This document shows, piece by piece, positions 23,201 to 46,200 of a stretch of 64,000 nt of DNA. The DNA is from Tubulanus polymorphus. Taxonomy: Eukaryota; Animalia; Nemertea. The stretch covers positions 1,302,001 through 1,366,000 of the forward strand of contig NC_134036.1 in NCBI RefSeq assembly GCF_964204645.1, written 5' to 3'. The notes under the pieces were generated by a model that was not told the origin of the DNA, made no database searches, and saw only the letters and a list, made by a program, of their open reading frames with translations. A program made the translations under genes and the position numbers. Every line of letters begins with the position of its first letter. Within the stretch, counting starts at the first letter, position 1.

Positions 23201-25840
23201 CTTAATAACTTTCCAATAATCTATAATATGCTACTTTGGCGCTCATGGAAGTTGCTCTTTCAGCTCCATTGCCATCTACATTCAATGACCATTGGCGGAT
23301 GATTTGGCAAGAGAAATGTCCGGCTATTATTGTACTCACAGATCTGACTGAAGGACAAGACAAAGATAAGAAGGTATGTCAATACTAGCAGAGGTGGTCC
23401 TGTGTACACAGTCAAAAAGTATAAAAGTGTCTTTTCATATTCCAATTGCAGGTGAAGTGTCATTCATATTGGCCAACAAAACTGAACACGAAAGGTCGAT
23501 ATGGAGATATAACAGTAAAAGTTGCAAAGAAAATGGAAAAACACACTGAGCCTCCGGCAGTGGTTCATTTCCTATCGATTAAAAAGGTGATGATCAACCC
23601 TCTTGTTTTACCATTAGTGACCTAATTGTTGGTATTCATGTTACTGTTGCTATCTCTATAAGTTTGGTTCCGATATCGATTTTGACAACATGCTGTCGAG
23701 GCTCTGTTTTGATACCTTGCATCACATCAGTATTATCTATAACCTGCCTCTCTCTCGATGAGTAACGCTGGATTTACTTTATAGCGTGGCCACAAACAAG
23801 CACATAAACTATTACTGTTCCAATATCGAGGATGGCCGGATCATGGTGTACCGTTCCCGGCTTTATCTGTTGTTCGTATGCAACAGTTCATCAAACAGCG
23901 TCTTACCGACCCGGATCAGGGACTTGTGCTGGTTCATGGCAGGTAAATTAATTCGAAAATCTTCCAGTCCTTTACTGCTAAGGAGACGTGTAGAAATGTT
24001 ATGGCTTGTTTTGTGTTCCCAGTGCTGGTGCTGGAAGGACAGGTTGTTATATCGCAACGGAGCAGCTTCTTGAAAAAGCTAAGAAAGATGGACTCGTTAA
24101 CGTATTCGACATGTTTAGGAAACTCCGTCAACAAAGACCAGAAATGATCCAAAATATGGTAAACCTTAATGTGGCAAATGTCTCTCATTTCACGCTTCCA
24201 AAATCCAAAACTTCTCAAACATGTTGTTTTATTAATATTCCCTGCAGAAACAGTACATTCTCGTGCACCAGATTCTACTGGAGGAACTGGTACTGGGACC
24301 AGTGGCATACCCGACCAGGAGTTTCAGAGAATCATACGAGGAAAGAAAGGCAACGCGCCCTGTATCTAGAAACGTGTCCGACAAAATAGAGGAACAATTT
24401 CTTGTACGTATTAAGTTCGTCCAAAATGAGACGAAGGTTTCGATCCTGGAACAAAAATCTGGATGGTAGCAGTGAACCATTGACCAAGTTAAACTAGAGA
24501 CTAAATCGTTCCTCCTTATGGGTCCTAATTGTTTCATCTTGGTTTGGTTTTGAGGGAAACAATTTTTTCACTGAGCTTCTATTAATACAGGTGTTGAAGG
24601 CATCGGCTCCGATTCAGGACGAGGAATCACTAGCAGTGGCCAAACTACTCAACAATGTTTACAAGTCTCGATACGAAGACATCCTTCCCGAGGCACAGTA
24701 TCAACCGCAACTCTCACATAAAGGGTTCATTAATGCTTCATTTGTGCACGTGAGTTTGATTATGATTTCATAGCTATCCGTAGAATATCCGGGCAGATCC
24801 GGTGGAGGGACATTATGACTCGATATTCTTCTGTCGAGATAAGATGTAAGAATCTGACTGATGTAAATACTTTCTTTTTTACAGACGATCACAGATGACA
24901 ACGTGTCTATAACCACACAAAGTCCAATGCCAAACACAATTACTGACTTCTGGCAAATGATCTTTGACTATAACTGTGAAATTATTGTGATGATGCATCA
25001 AGAATATCCACAAGATCCGGTAAGGCTTACTCCTATTCTAGGACTGCCTTATCTAGATGTCTCCTAAAATACATCTTCTGATTTTAGACATATGCAAGCT
25101 ACTGGCCTGCAGCTGGAAGCATCAAATGCAGTCCTTTTACAATCACTGTGGAGGAAGTTTCATTACTCTGTAAGACCATCGTTCGTCGGGATTTGACCAT
25201 CCAAAAACAGAATGTATGTTGAGTTTAATATTCTCGATAGCACCTTTTCAAAGATAGGTGGCTGTATTTTTCGGAATTTCCTTCGACATTGCTATTTACT
25301 ATGACCTGATCAGATCAATTGTATTTCTTTGATTTCACAGGAATCGCATCTGATTCGTCAGATCCAGTTTTTAGGATGGCCTGAGGATGAGTCAGTTCCT
25401 GATTTACAATATCTATTCGAGTTTGTGAAGTTAGTTACAAGAGAACACGTCACCAGTCCTATTGTTGTACATTGCATGTTCGTATCTTAGCAACATCAGT
25501 CAATTATTTAAAACAACATTACACATTTTAACGATTATGCAAATTTTGAAGGGACAGCACAACGAGAACAGGGCTATTTTGTGCGGCATTTGAACTGATC
25601 TCCAAGGCGCCATCTAGCGAAAAAATCGACATTTATCACTGTATACAAAAACTACGAATGACTCGACCTCAATTCATTCCAAATTTGGTAAGAAATTTAT
25701 CGATTTCGTAGTAGTTTTTACAAGAAATTGCATGGATGTATTTTTCTTTTTTTTTTTATTTATAGGAACAATACAAGTTACTGCATGAACTGGTGATATT
25801 GTATTTACAAGGACACGACACTTATGTGAACCTTAGTTAG
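17249..25840 (+). CDS. Gene A: F-type lectin / EGF / FN3 receptor-type PTP-like protein (D1 Cys-to-Gly pseudophosphatase) with a 14x cytoplasmic Tyr repeat
   Basis: GT-AG exons in consistent phase: SP 17249-17321; EGF 17592-17744; FTL 18186-18404 + 18738-18965 (H-x26-R-x-D); EGF 19190-19336; FN3 19504-19827; FN3 20008-20117 + 20193-20391; membrane-proximal 20468-20564 + 20635-20896 ([17 protein letters not shown]); TM 20974-21122; repeat exon 21246-22468. D1 motifs [48 protein letters not shown]2 motifs [26 protein letters not shown]. Ends DTYVNLS*. Confidence 0.9.
21380..22455 (+). repeat. Coding minisatellite, 75 bp x 14 (25-aa unit [25 protein letters not shown])
   Basis: First TYLN and last TYVN codons are 975 bp (13 x 75) apart and the frame is open throughout. 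Confidence 0.97.
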
Positions 25841-25920
25841 AATTATGATCGGAAAAGATGAGCAAAGGAAAAAATTTTAGTGAATTTGAGAAACGGCGCC
25901 TGAAATACTTCTTTACATCT

Positions 25921-26143
25921 GAAATGCTTCTCTGGGAAGCCAGGTCGTGGGCTCGAACCCCGTACATTGCCGTAGTGTCCTCGGGCAAGACACTCGGTGT
26001 TACTTCTCCCCAGGGAGAGATGACTGATACATGTTTATTAGAGTATAAAATTGGCCGGGGTAATAATACCGAAAAATGTAAAGCGCTCTGAGCGGCCTGG
26101 CTGGATTTAGCGCTATATAAGACACATATTATTATTATCATTA
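25921..26143 (+). mobile_element. 5'-truncated tRNA-derived SINE with L2-type tail in the 3' flank of gene A
   Basis: B-box-like GGCTCGAACCC, core GTGTCCTCGGGCAAGACACT, tail TGTAAAGCGCTCTGAG...TAGCGCTATATAA plus (ATT)n. Flanked by TTTACATCT / TTTACACCT. Absent from the gene B 3' flank, which has a single TTTACACCT at ~41453. Confidence 0.8.
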
Positions 26144-27487
26144 TTTACACCTCCAGCTCAAGTATGAAATATGGAAAAGTAGTCCAATGGCCTTTTTACC
26201 TGATGTATCAATACGCACAATGCTGACCGAAGATCTTAACATTCCCGATATACCGGCATTCCCGACATTCCGGCACACCTGATATACCGGCAATTTTGTT
26301 GTTGATTTTACGATTACTTTTTTGTTAATGAATATTTATATTCATATATTAATATTAGAATATAATAATCTTTATTTACATTGAAATTATAATTTTTTAT
26401 GATGTTATAATTTCAATGTGAATAAAGATTATTATATTAGATATTTATCATTAGAAATAGATTATAATATAAAGATGATTTATGTAATTCTCATTCTTAA
26501 TTAGATATTCTTAATTAATCTCTTCACTCATATTTGTAATCACCGCGTTCACATCGTGTATCATCCACTTCCTTCCCTTACTGTTATCCACCTATCCACC
26601 TAATATACATATACACTAGTAAAAGCGAAAACTCGTAATTTCTAGTATAAAATCAAGATAACTACTGACAGTAAGTTACCGTAAAATAATTCACAATGAC
26701 AATACAATTGTATTGTGATCATCAATTCAGTCACTCTTAATTAATTATCTTTAATTAATCTAATTACTCATAATTTTCATCCGGTAAAGTTTCTACAATA
26801 CATATATTACACTAGTAGCTGAAACTCGTAATTTCTAGTATAAAATCAAGTTAACTACTGACAGTTAGTTGTTACCTGTCGTCACGTTTATTGATTATAC
26901 TCACAGTCCTTATATGAATATAACTGATTATTTTAATTTCATAATGAACTCGAATATTGTACATAATCTAGGATGAAATATGTAGATTTTACTGATTTGA
27001 ATTTGATGTTTATTTTTGCACTTAATGTTTTTATTTTGTCTTGTTTTACAAAAGAAGATTCATTTCCGGAAATACATTCGGTGCTTTCTGTTTTATTTTG
27101 TTTTGTTCTTGGTTTTTTTTACAAAAGGAAAGTCTTTCATGAACTCATAGATTTACTTTAGAAATAGTTAACCAAAAATACTTCTTTTTCTGATGTTGAA
27201 CAAAATATACGATAAGCCATTTTTGAATTTTCAACAATATGATTCATATGATAAACATTGGTAACAATGAATTTAGTTTATTAGGAAAGGAGTCTTCTTT
27301 TGTGGTTGGATCAACACAAAATAATCACGGAGATTATAAAAAAGTCTGTAATAAGTGTTCTGTGTAAGTAACATTTGATTTTTCACTTACCTTAAAGACG
27401 AATTTGTTTCCATAGACACGTGTCTGTAGTGTCTATTCAAATTCAAGGAAACAGCAAACATTTCTTACAAAGCAAATCTCTTTTCAG

Positions 27488-29706
27488 TTCCACCCGAATT
27501 CATTGTGCTGACTGAATTTCCAAAAGGTCAAGTTGTCCAAGGCACATCAAAAACTCTGACATGTAAAACTGACTCTAGTAATCCGGAGTTGTCAATTGTC
27601 TGGGCGTACAGATATGGGGTATCAACGGACAAATGTTTCACCCAACCCAGCAATCAATCATAAACCTGGACCTCACAGTGGACGGATATCTACTAGTAGT
27701 TTGGTAGTTACAACCGATGGATAAAAATGGAAGGCAATACAGATGTACTGCTTATCAGAATGGTGTGTCTTTTCATGTGGTCACCAACTCCACGACACTG
27801 TCAGTATTGTGTAAGTGACGTTTATAACACCTTAAACAACATCATTTTTCTTTTCTATTTTATCGAACTTTTTTTCTATATATAGGTTATATTATATTTC
27901 TAAAATATTCTTTCCCGTAAAATGAAAAGTAGATGTTTCATATTCTATAGATTCGGCTGATTTTGTTTCGCTGACTCCAGTAAACTCTGTCGTAAGAGAA
28001 GTCGGTTCAATTCGGTTTAACTGTGCAGCAACTGGTGGAAATCCTGATAGTTTCACTTTCGTATGGCAATTCTCAACTGTTTCGGGTTTTCTGGAAATCA
28101 ATCGGATCCACGAATGATTATTTAGCCCTAGATATTGTATCAAGAACTGATTCTGGGGCTGGTTGCATAGTCATGGCTTAGACTTAAGACTAGTCTAAGA
28201 CCAACTTAGTTCTATAGCCAATCTAACAATTTAAGACCGGTCTTATGATTTAAGACCATTTTTGGACTTAAGTCATGACTATGCAACTGGCCCCAGGACA
28301 ATATAGATGTAATGCGACCAATACAGGAGGTTCTACTTTCAGTAATATCGCTTCCTGTCGATGTTCAATGTAAGTAACCAGCCAATAAAGAGTTTTCCAG
28401 TTTCTAGGCACCATTATCCTGTACCCATTTATAAGGACTTTCAGATTATGGATGAATACAGTTTTTAGAATGATTCTGATAATGTGACCAAAATCTTTTT
28501 CATTTTTCACAGATGCACCAACGCTCTCAGAGAAACTGAAACCTGTAGCCGCAAAAATAGGGGAAAGCGTTATATTTATGATAGGCTACTATGCAAATCC
28601 GCAAGCGACGAGTTTAAACTGCATCGAGTTCATATACAGAACTAATTGGTTCAGATCAGATATAATGTGCTGGGAAGTTACTATCGAATCAGTCCAGGCG
28701 TCTGATCATGGATCTCATTCGTGTCAACTGAAGAATTCGATCGGTAGCCTGGATATTATTACATTGGATATCCTTAAAACTGGTAATTACTGTTCCGAAT
28801 ATTCACATCGCTAATATTCCCCATTAATATCCACTTGCGGCTAACTAACGGCTGTGCAATACAAAAACAAAAAAAATGGCGAAAGTTTGTGTTTTGTAAG
28901 ATGCTCAGCTAAATGAAGAAATCCCACACTTCGAATTTAAAATTATGCGATCAAATGTATATTATGAAACCACAACGTTGACTGACAGCCATCATCAGGT
29001 GGAATGCTCAGCTATTCGTTGAAACTAATGACCTATCCGCGAACCGATCTTTGTACTTCTACTGATTTAGATATTGAAATTTCGCGTTTCAAACTCAATT
29101 TCTTCATTCAGTCGATGACAATGCGTGGACCGTCACGTCTTTAGTCCCGCTGATAATTGCTGGAGTGGTTCTTGGTAGCATTGCGTTCATTCTGATCGTA
29201 ATATTTCTGCTCGTATATCTGATAAAACAACTCGAAAACAGAGGAAACAAATCACGTCGAATGTAAGTTTTTATGGAATCATTTTGTTGTTGTCGTCCCT
29301 TTAATTGTTTCGCACCAAATGCCACCTTCTTTTTAAATGACAGAAAACTTATCAATAACAGATCACTAATACATAACTCATCAATTACAGATTAGTTTGA
29401 TTTGGTTCGAATCCCATTAGTCCTTCAAACCGACTATTTCGGTACCGTCTATTCAAAAGGTATTTGCTGAACCCAGAATTTTGAAGAATTGAAAAAATCG
29501 AGTTAAAATCGTCACTCTTTTATTTCAGTAAAACTAAAGATTTAACGACAGGTAAAAATTATTCATATAGAAATATGAATTTATTTTCTAGACTTCTAAA
29601 TATTGAATGTTATTATTTTGACAATTTCATCATTTTTAAACGTATTTTTATTATTACAGTTTATCGAAACAATGACCCGGATTCACGTATTTATACAAGG
29701 AAGTAA
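27488..29706 (+). pseudogene. Disrupted Ig-superfamily type I membrane receptor (3 Ig-like domains, TM, short Tyr-containing tail)
   Basis: Exon-like blocks: PPEFIVL...LTCKTDSSNPELSIVW...NGRQYRC (stop at 27661 plus frameshift); FNCAATGGNPDSFTFVW...DSGQYRCNATN (interrupted by a MITE); APTL...DHGSHSCQLKNSIG; TM LVPLIIAGVVLGSIAFILIVIFLLVYLI; tail ...DSRIYTRK*. No signal-peptide exon found. Confidence 0.75.
28156..28293. mobile_element. MITE family 1 copy inserted inside an Ig exon
   Basis: TIRs GGGCTGGTTGCATAGTCATG / CATGACTATGCAACTGGCCC flanked by CTG / CAG. Removing the element restores D-S-G-Q-Y-R-C. Confidence 0.85.
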
Positions 29707-30164
29707 TGATAGGAAAAAATGATCCATGATTTTAATGATTTTAATTGGTGATTAATTAGCTTTGTGGTCACCCTATTCAGCTGATGCCTATTTTGTCTGA
29801 TACGGGGAAAACCAATGGTTTGTCTCATTTTACACGAAAGGGGTGTCATGTCTATCGTGCTAAGGATTTAAGTGGAGTTAATCCGTTAACACTATGAATT
29901 AAACTGTTTTTTTTCATATTTTGATAATTTGTTCTTTTTACTTATCAAAGATTTTTTCTTTTATTTATTTTTTTCCTACTCAGGTAACGGTGACCCTTGA
30001 TGTTCTGTTCTGGCCTCCTTCCTAACCTCCCCCTCAGAGCAAAATAAACTAGCAAATCTGAAATTTGTTTAAACTTCCTTTAAAATGATTTATTTGAAAA
30101 TCAAAAGGAAGTTAATTGCATAGATATGTGAGCGATATCATACTGTGTCATTCAGATAAACAAA

Positions 30165-41377
<11,213 letters not shown>

Positions 41378-42149
41378 AATTATGATTCGAAATGCTGAAG
41401 AAAAGCAAACAATCAGAAAAGGGAATCTGAGTAAAGGCACCTGAACTGCTACTTTACACCTGGCATTAACCGAGTGATGGCGCCACTAGCTCGAACACGA
41501 GGCAACGAAATTCACTTACTAGTTTAATCATGTATCTTTTTAAATTGTTTTATTCAAAATATTGCTCGAACTCTTGGACATAAAGATTAACGTACTTTTC
41601 GTATTGAGGAACCTTAGGTCTACTCCAGAAACTGTCCGGTTTTATTGTGTTTATGTTTACGATTACTTTTTTGTTCATGAATTATATTCATATATAATTT
41701 ATATATCAGCTATCTAATTATGTATCTATAAAACTGAGTGTTGTATTACGTTATAATTTCAATGTAAATAAATATATATTCAGATATTTCTCAATAGAAA
41801 TAGATTTCAATATAAAGATGATTTATGTAATTATCACTGTTAATTAGATATTCTTAGTTAATCTAAAAACTCATATTTGTAATCACCGCGTTCACATCGT
41901 GTATCATCCACTTCCTTCCCTCACTGTTATCCACCTATCCACCTAATATACATATACACTAGTAAAAGCGAAAACTCGTAATTTCTAGTGTAAAATAAAG
42001 ATAACTACTGACAGTAAGTTACCGTAAAATAATTCATTATGACAATGTAATTGTACTGTGATTATCAATTCAGTCACTCTTTATTAATTATCTTTAATTA
42101 ATCTAATTACTCATAATTTTCATCCGGTAAAGTTTCTACTATACATGTT

Positions 42150-42365
42150 ATAATATATCTGCCGATATAGTATTTTTTTGTTGAAACTTTCGAGCCATGC
42201 ATATAGTCTATCATATTACATGTATATCTGTTTTTATATCAGTGCTTGTTTATCAGATGTTAATGATTATTATTATTTCTCTTTCTCACTTTGTTATATG
42301 TATGTAGAAATGTCAGTTACAAACAGTGCAATTGTTTATACTGAATAAATATTTGAATTTGAATT
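42150..42365 (+). mobile_element. Probable 5'-truncated non-LTR retroelement 3' end
   Basis: ~220-bp insertion relative to the paralogous flanks (~26790 and ~63315), ending AATAAATATTTGAATTTGAATT. Confidence 0.45.
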
Positions 42366-43224
42366 GTATTACACTAGTAGCTAAAGCTCGTAATTTCTAG
42401 TATAAAATCAAGTTAACTACTGACAGTTAGTTGTTACCTGTTGTCACGTTTATTGATTATACACCCAGTCCTTATATAAATATAACTGATTATTTCAATT
42501 TCACAATGAACTCGAATATTGTACATAATCTAGAATAAAATATATAGATTTCACTGATTTGATTGTGTTTGTTTTTGTGTTTTCTGTTTTGTTTTTGTCT
42601 TGTTTTACGATTGAAGATTCTGGGCTCCTTCAGGTTTTATATCTTATTTGTCATGAAAATAAACAACTTTCTGCTGCCCTGCGACTCGATCACACCTATA
42701 GGGGGCAGAGGGGGTTTATTTGAAGCCTTGGGTGACAACACGATTTTTAATTCAATGTGTATTCATAGACGTGTAATCGAATAATACACACGATTCCTTT
42801 AAACGATGTGTTGCAAAGAAATCTAGTTTTACGTCTCTGACTTTTTCTTTAAGACAAGCTGTTTGTTATACGGGTAAAACCAAAGCTCGTTCCATTTTAC
42901 ATTAAAGGGTGTCCAGTCTATAGTTTTTAGTAAGACTATACATAATTAAACTATCCATTTTTTGTTTGGTGATTATTTGTTCGTTTAACTTTTCAAACAC
43001 TTGTTTTCTTCTTTCGTTCGTAACTCACCTGAAGGTAACTGATCCTTGCTGTTCTCTTCTGACCTCCTTCCTACCTCTACCCCCCTTAGAATGAAAACAT
43101 TCTAGTTATTCTCAACATTATACTTAGAACTTCCTTTATAACGATTTTGTTCAAAGATTCAAAGGAAGTTTATCGCATGAATATAAATAATTGAGTGATA
43201 TATTGCGTCATTCAGAAAAACAAA

Positions 43225-46200
43225 ATGTATCGTGAAAGAAACATCTTTCGTTTTCTGCTGTTGTTGATTCTGTGTTTATTCATCACAAACACATCAGGTG
43301 AGTTAATCAATAATAATTCATTGGTTCCAGAGCTGTTGAAAACGTGGAAATTATAGATTTGACGATTTCAAACCTTAAAGTAGACCTCAGAAAGATGCGA
43401 CAAGGAAAAGTCTGTCACTGTCAGGATTCAAACTATCAATTGTCGGGGGTGGAGAGCTCAGGATGGAGCGACATTTGGAGAAGGGCATTTTAGGATAGGC
43501 AAAAAATGTTGTTTCTGTGTTTGTTATTTCAGCGAAATGTTTTGGGAAGAGTTGTACCGGTTGGTTGTGTCATTGCAGTAATACAGCTTTGAATGTGTGT
43601 CCAATCAAGGGTCAGAATATAGATGGCGCTTTAACGTGTCCAAATCATAACACTGCATGCGAGTCTACAATAAAAATTCCATATCTTTGACTTTATAATG
43701 CGACGTGAGTTATTGCAGATTCAAACTATAGCTATGTCACAAATATTTGCAGGTTGTGGCTCTAGGTAAAAAGGGTTGGGGACCACGGAGTGAAATTGTT
43801 TACTTTTTGGCGCAAGTCGGAAGTAAGTTAAGGCCTTTTTTTAATTAGTTGGAGCACGAATTTTTAAAGGAAGATTTTGGAAGGGTGAAGAAAAAAAAAA
43901 TTTAAAAAAATTTGGTATTTTATATAACAATGGAAGGGTGAGTGGGAAAAAAAGAAAATAAAAAAATCATTTTTCATTGCTATCTTATATACTAATGTGG
44001 AAGGAGAAACAATAAAATAAAAAAAAATTTATTAGCGGTGAGGTTGTTGACAGAACTCACTACTCGTCTGTCGTTCTCGCGATGCAACTTTCTCACGATT
44101 ACTTGGAAACAGAAAGTTTCCTCGACGGCGGTGGCGTTGGCGTGACCGGCCATTTTGTTGCCATACTAACAGCAGCACGAAACCGTCAAATTATTCAATT
44201 CAAATTCAAATCAAGTTCATTTTCATGAATAAGATGTCCGATGAGAGACAGAAAAAACAAAATTTGAATTTTTTTCATACAGAAATTGAATTTTAGGATG
44301 GAAGGCGGTCAAAACAAATATGAATAATTAATTATTTTACAAAATGTGCGAATTTATGTGGAAGGGCGACGGAGATAGAAATTAAAAAAAGGAATTTCCC
44401 AATTACCAAAATGACCCGAATATCGGCGGCGGATCCTTGCTCCAACTAATTTAAAGAAAAGGCCTAAGCAGTATCGTTGGAAATTTCAAATTCAAGGGAT
44501 CGTAAGTTAAAATCTATCTGTGGTGTTTATTTCAGTACCAGGACCTCCCGCTTCTCTCGACTTCTCATTCACAAAGGATACATTGAAAACAACATTGACA
44601 TGGATAGCACCAAACAGTCCAAATGGTGACATCATTAATTATCGGGTAGGAATTCTCTTGTCCAGACCTGTAGAGGGCACCACCTGTTCTATACTGTAAC
44701 ATATCTCCTATCTGTTTTCAGCTCACGTGTGAACCCATCAGTACAACTTCCACTACACCTTTATCAGACATAAAAACAATCAACAAACCTAAAGTCATAG
44801 GCTCCATCACAACTTTAGACATAACGACGTCACTGATACATTTTACTCAATACAACTGTTCAATGTATGCCTCAACTAGTAAAGGTGAAGGCTCACCTGC
44901 TTATGTATAATCCACGACCTCTAAAAACCAACGCAAATATCTTATCATTTGATAATCGTCCGATGCCCCCTAGTCACAGAAATACCCACTCACCGAGTTA
45001 CCCACAATTTCGACGCCTTTCTTTTCTTTTGCAGACGCGGTGGGTTCAAAACTAAAGAAGCATCGAACAATGAAGTATCCATGGAGAATATTTCACCTTC
45101 CGATAAAAGTATTGGTAAACCTTTGGCAAGATTGAAGGGTATCCAAAAACAGGAACATACAGCTTATATAAATTCTACATTTTCAAGAGGTTTGTCTATT
45201 GAAGCTTTTAGATTTTGGAAGTTGAAGCCTAAAAATGTTTTTTAACACCAAAGATTCTTCTCCACGTAGAAAGCTCCGTGTATTGCAATATCTATGATGA
45301 TCCGGAAACGCAAGATGGCGAGGATCATCACTACGAAATCGCTTCTAAAGGCGCTACTATGATTTGTGACCTGTTGGGAGACACCTTGATGAAAACCTCT
45401 GATGGATGGATGAATATGAATGAAGAATTTCAGGTAGAATTGTAGGGAGGTTGGGACTGCGCGTTGGTAAGGTTTACATTTTGGAACTCTTTTATCTGTA
45501 GAGTGTGTTCTCAAGTCCAGACGTGGATTGAGCGAGTGCGCTGAGAAAGGAGAAAATGCTGAGAAAAACAGGTTTCAAAACATATTTGCCTGTAAGTATT
45601 ACCTGTTCATCATGTTGATATACCTCATTTTATACCTGTATCTTGCCAGGTCATCGATCTTATTTATTTAGTGAAACATCTCTATTGTCGTATTATTGAC
45701 TTTTAAGTGTGGTGTTGCTTTTTTCTAGATGATTCGACTAGAGTTGTTCTGGAACAAACCGGTGAAGATCCAACATCAGATTACATCAATGCCAATTACA
45801 TTCGGGTAAGGAATCAATCCGCCTCTGCTCTTGAGAAGTTTTTGTCCTGTGCTTATAATCAATGTTGTTGTAGATGATATGGATATTCCATTTTCAGGAA
45901 ATGAAAAAATTAATTTCAGAGCTTGCCAGGGTCAGTTTTGTTACCTTTCTCATAATCATTTACAAAGTCAATTCAACTTTCTATTCAACTTTCTGATAAT
46001 GGATTTTTTTCATCGCATTTTGATCCTCATGTTGTCATTTCAGCTCCATTGTCATCTACAATCAGTGACCATTGGCGGATGATTTGGCAAGAGAAATGTC
46101 CGGTTATTATTGTACTCACTGATCCTACTGAAGGACAAGGCAAAGATAAGAAGGTTTCAAAGCAACTACTGAGTAAACATAAGTTTTTGAAAATTTTAAC

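Noticed and set aside
24006-24070. ORF-track reading [11 protein letters not shown] suggesting a catalytic Cys in D1
   Set aside because: The CVP comes from the intron's pyrimidine-rich acceptor region. The spliced motif is HGSAGAGR.
25606-25620. GCGCCATCTAGCG CTCF-like match in the D2 exon of each paralogue
   Set aside because: Explained by the coding sequence (KAPSS), with no independent evidence.
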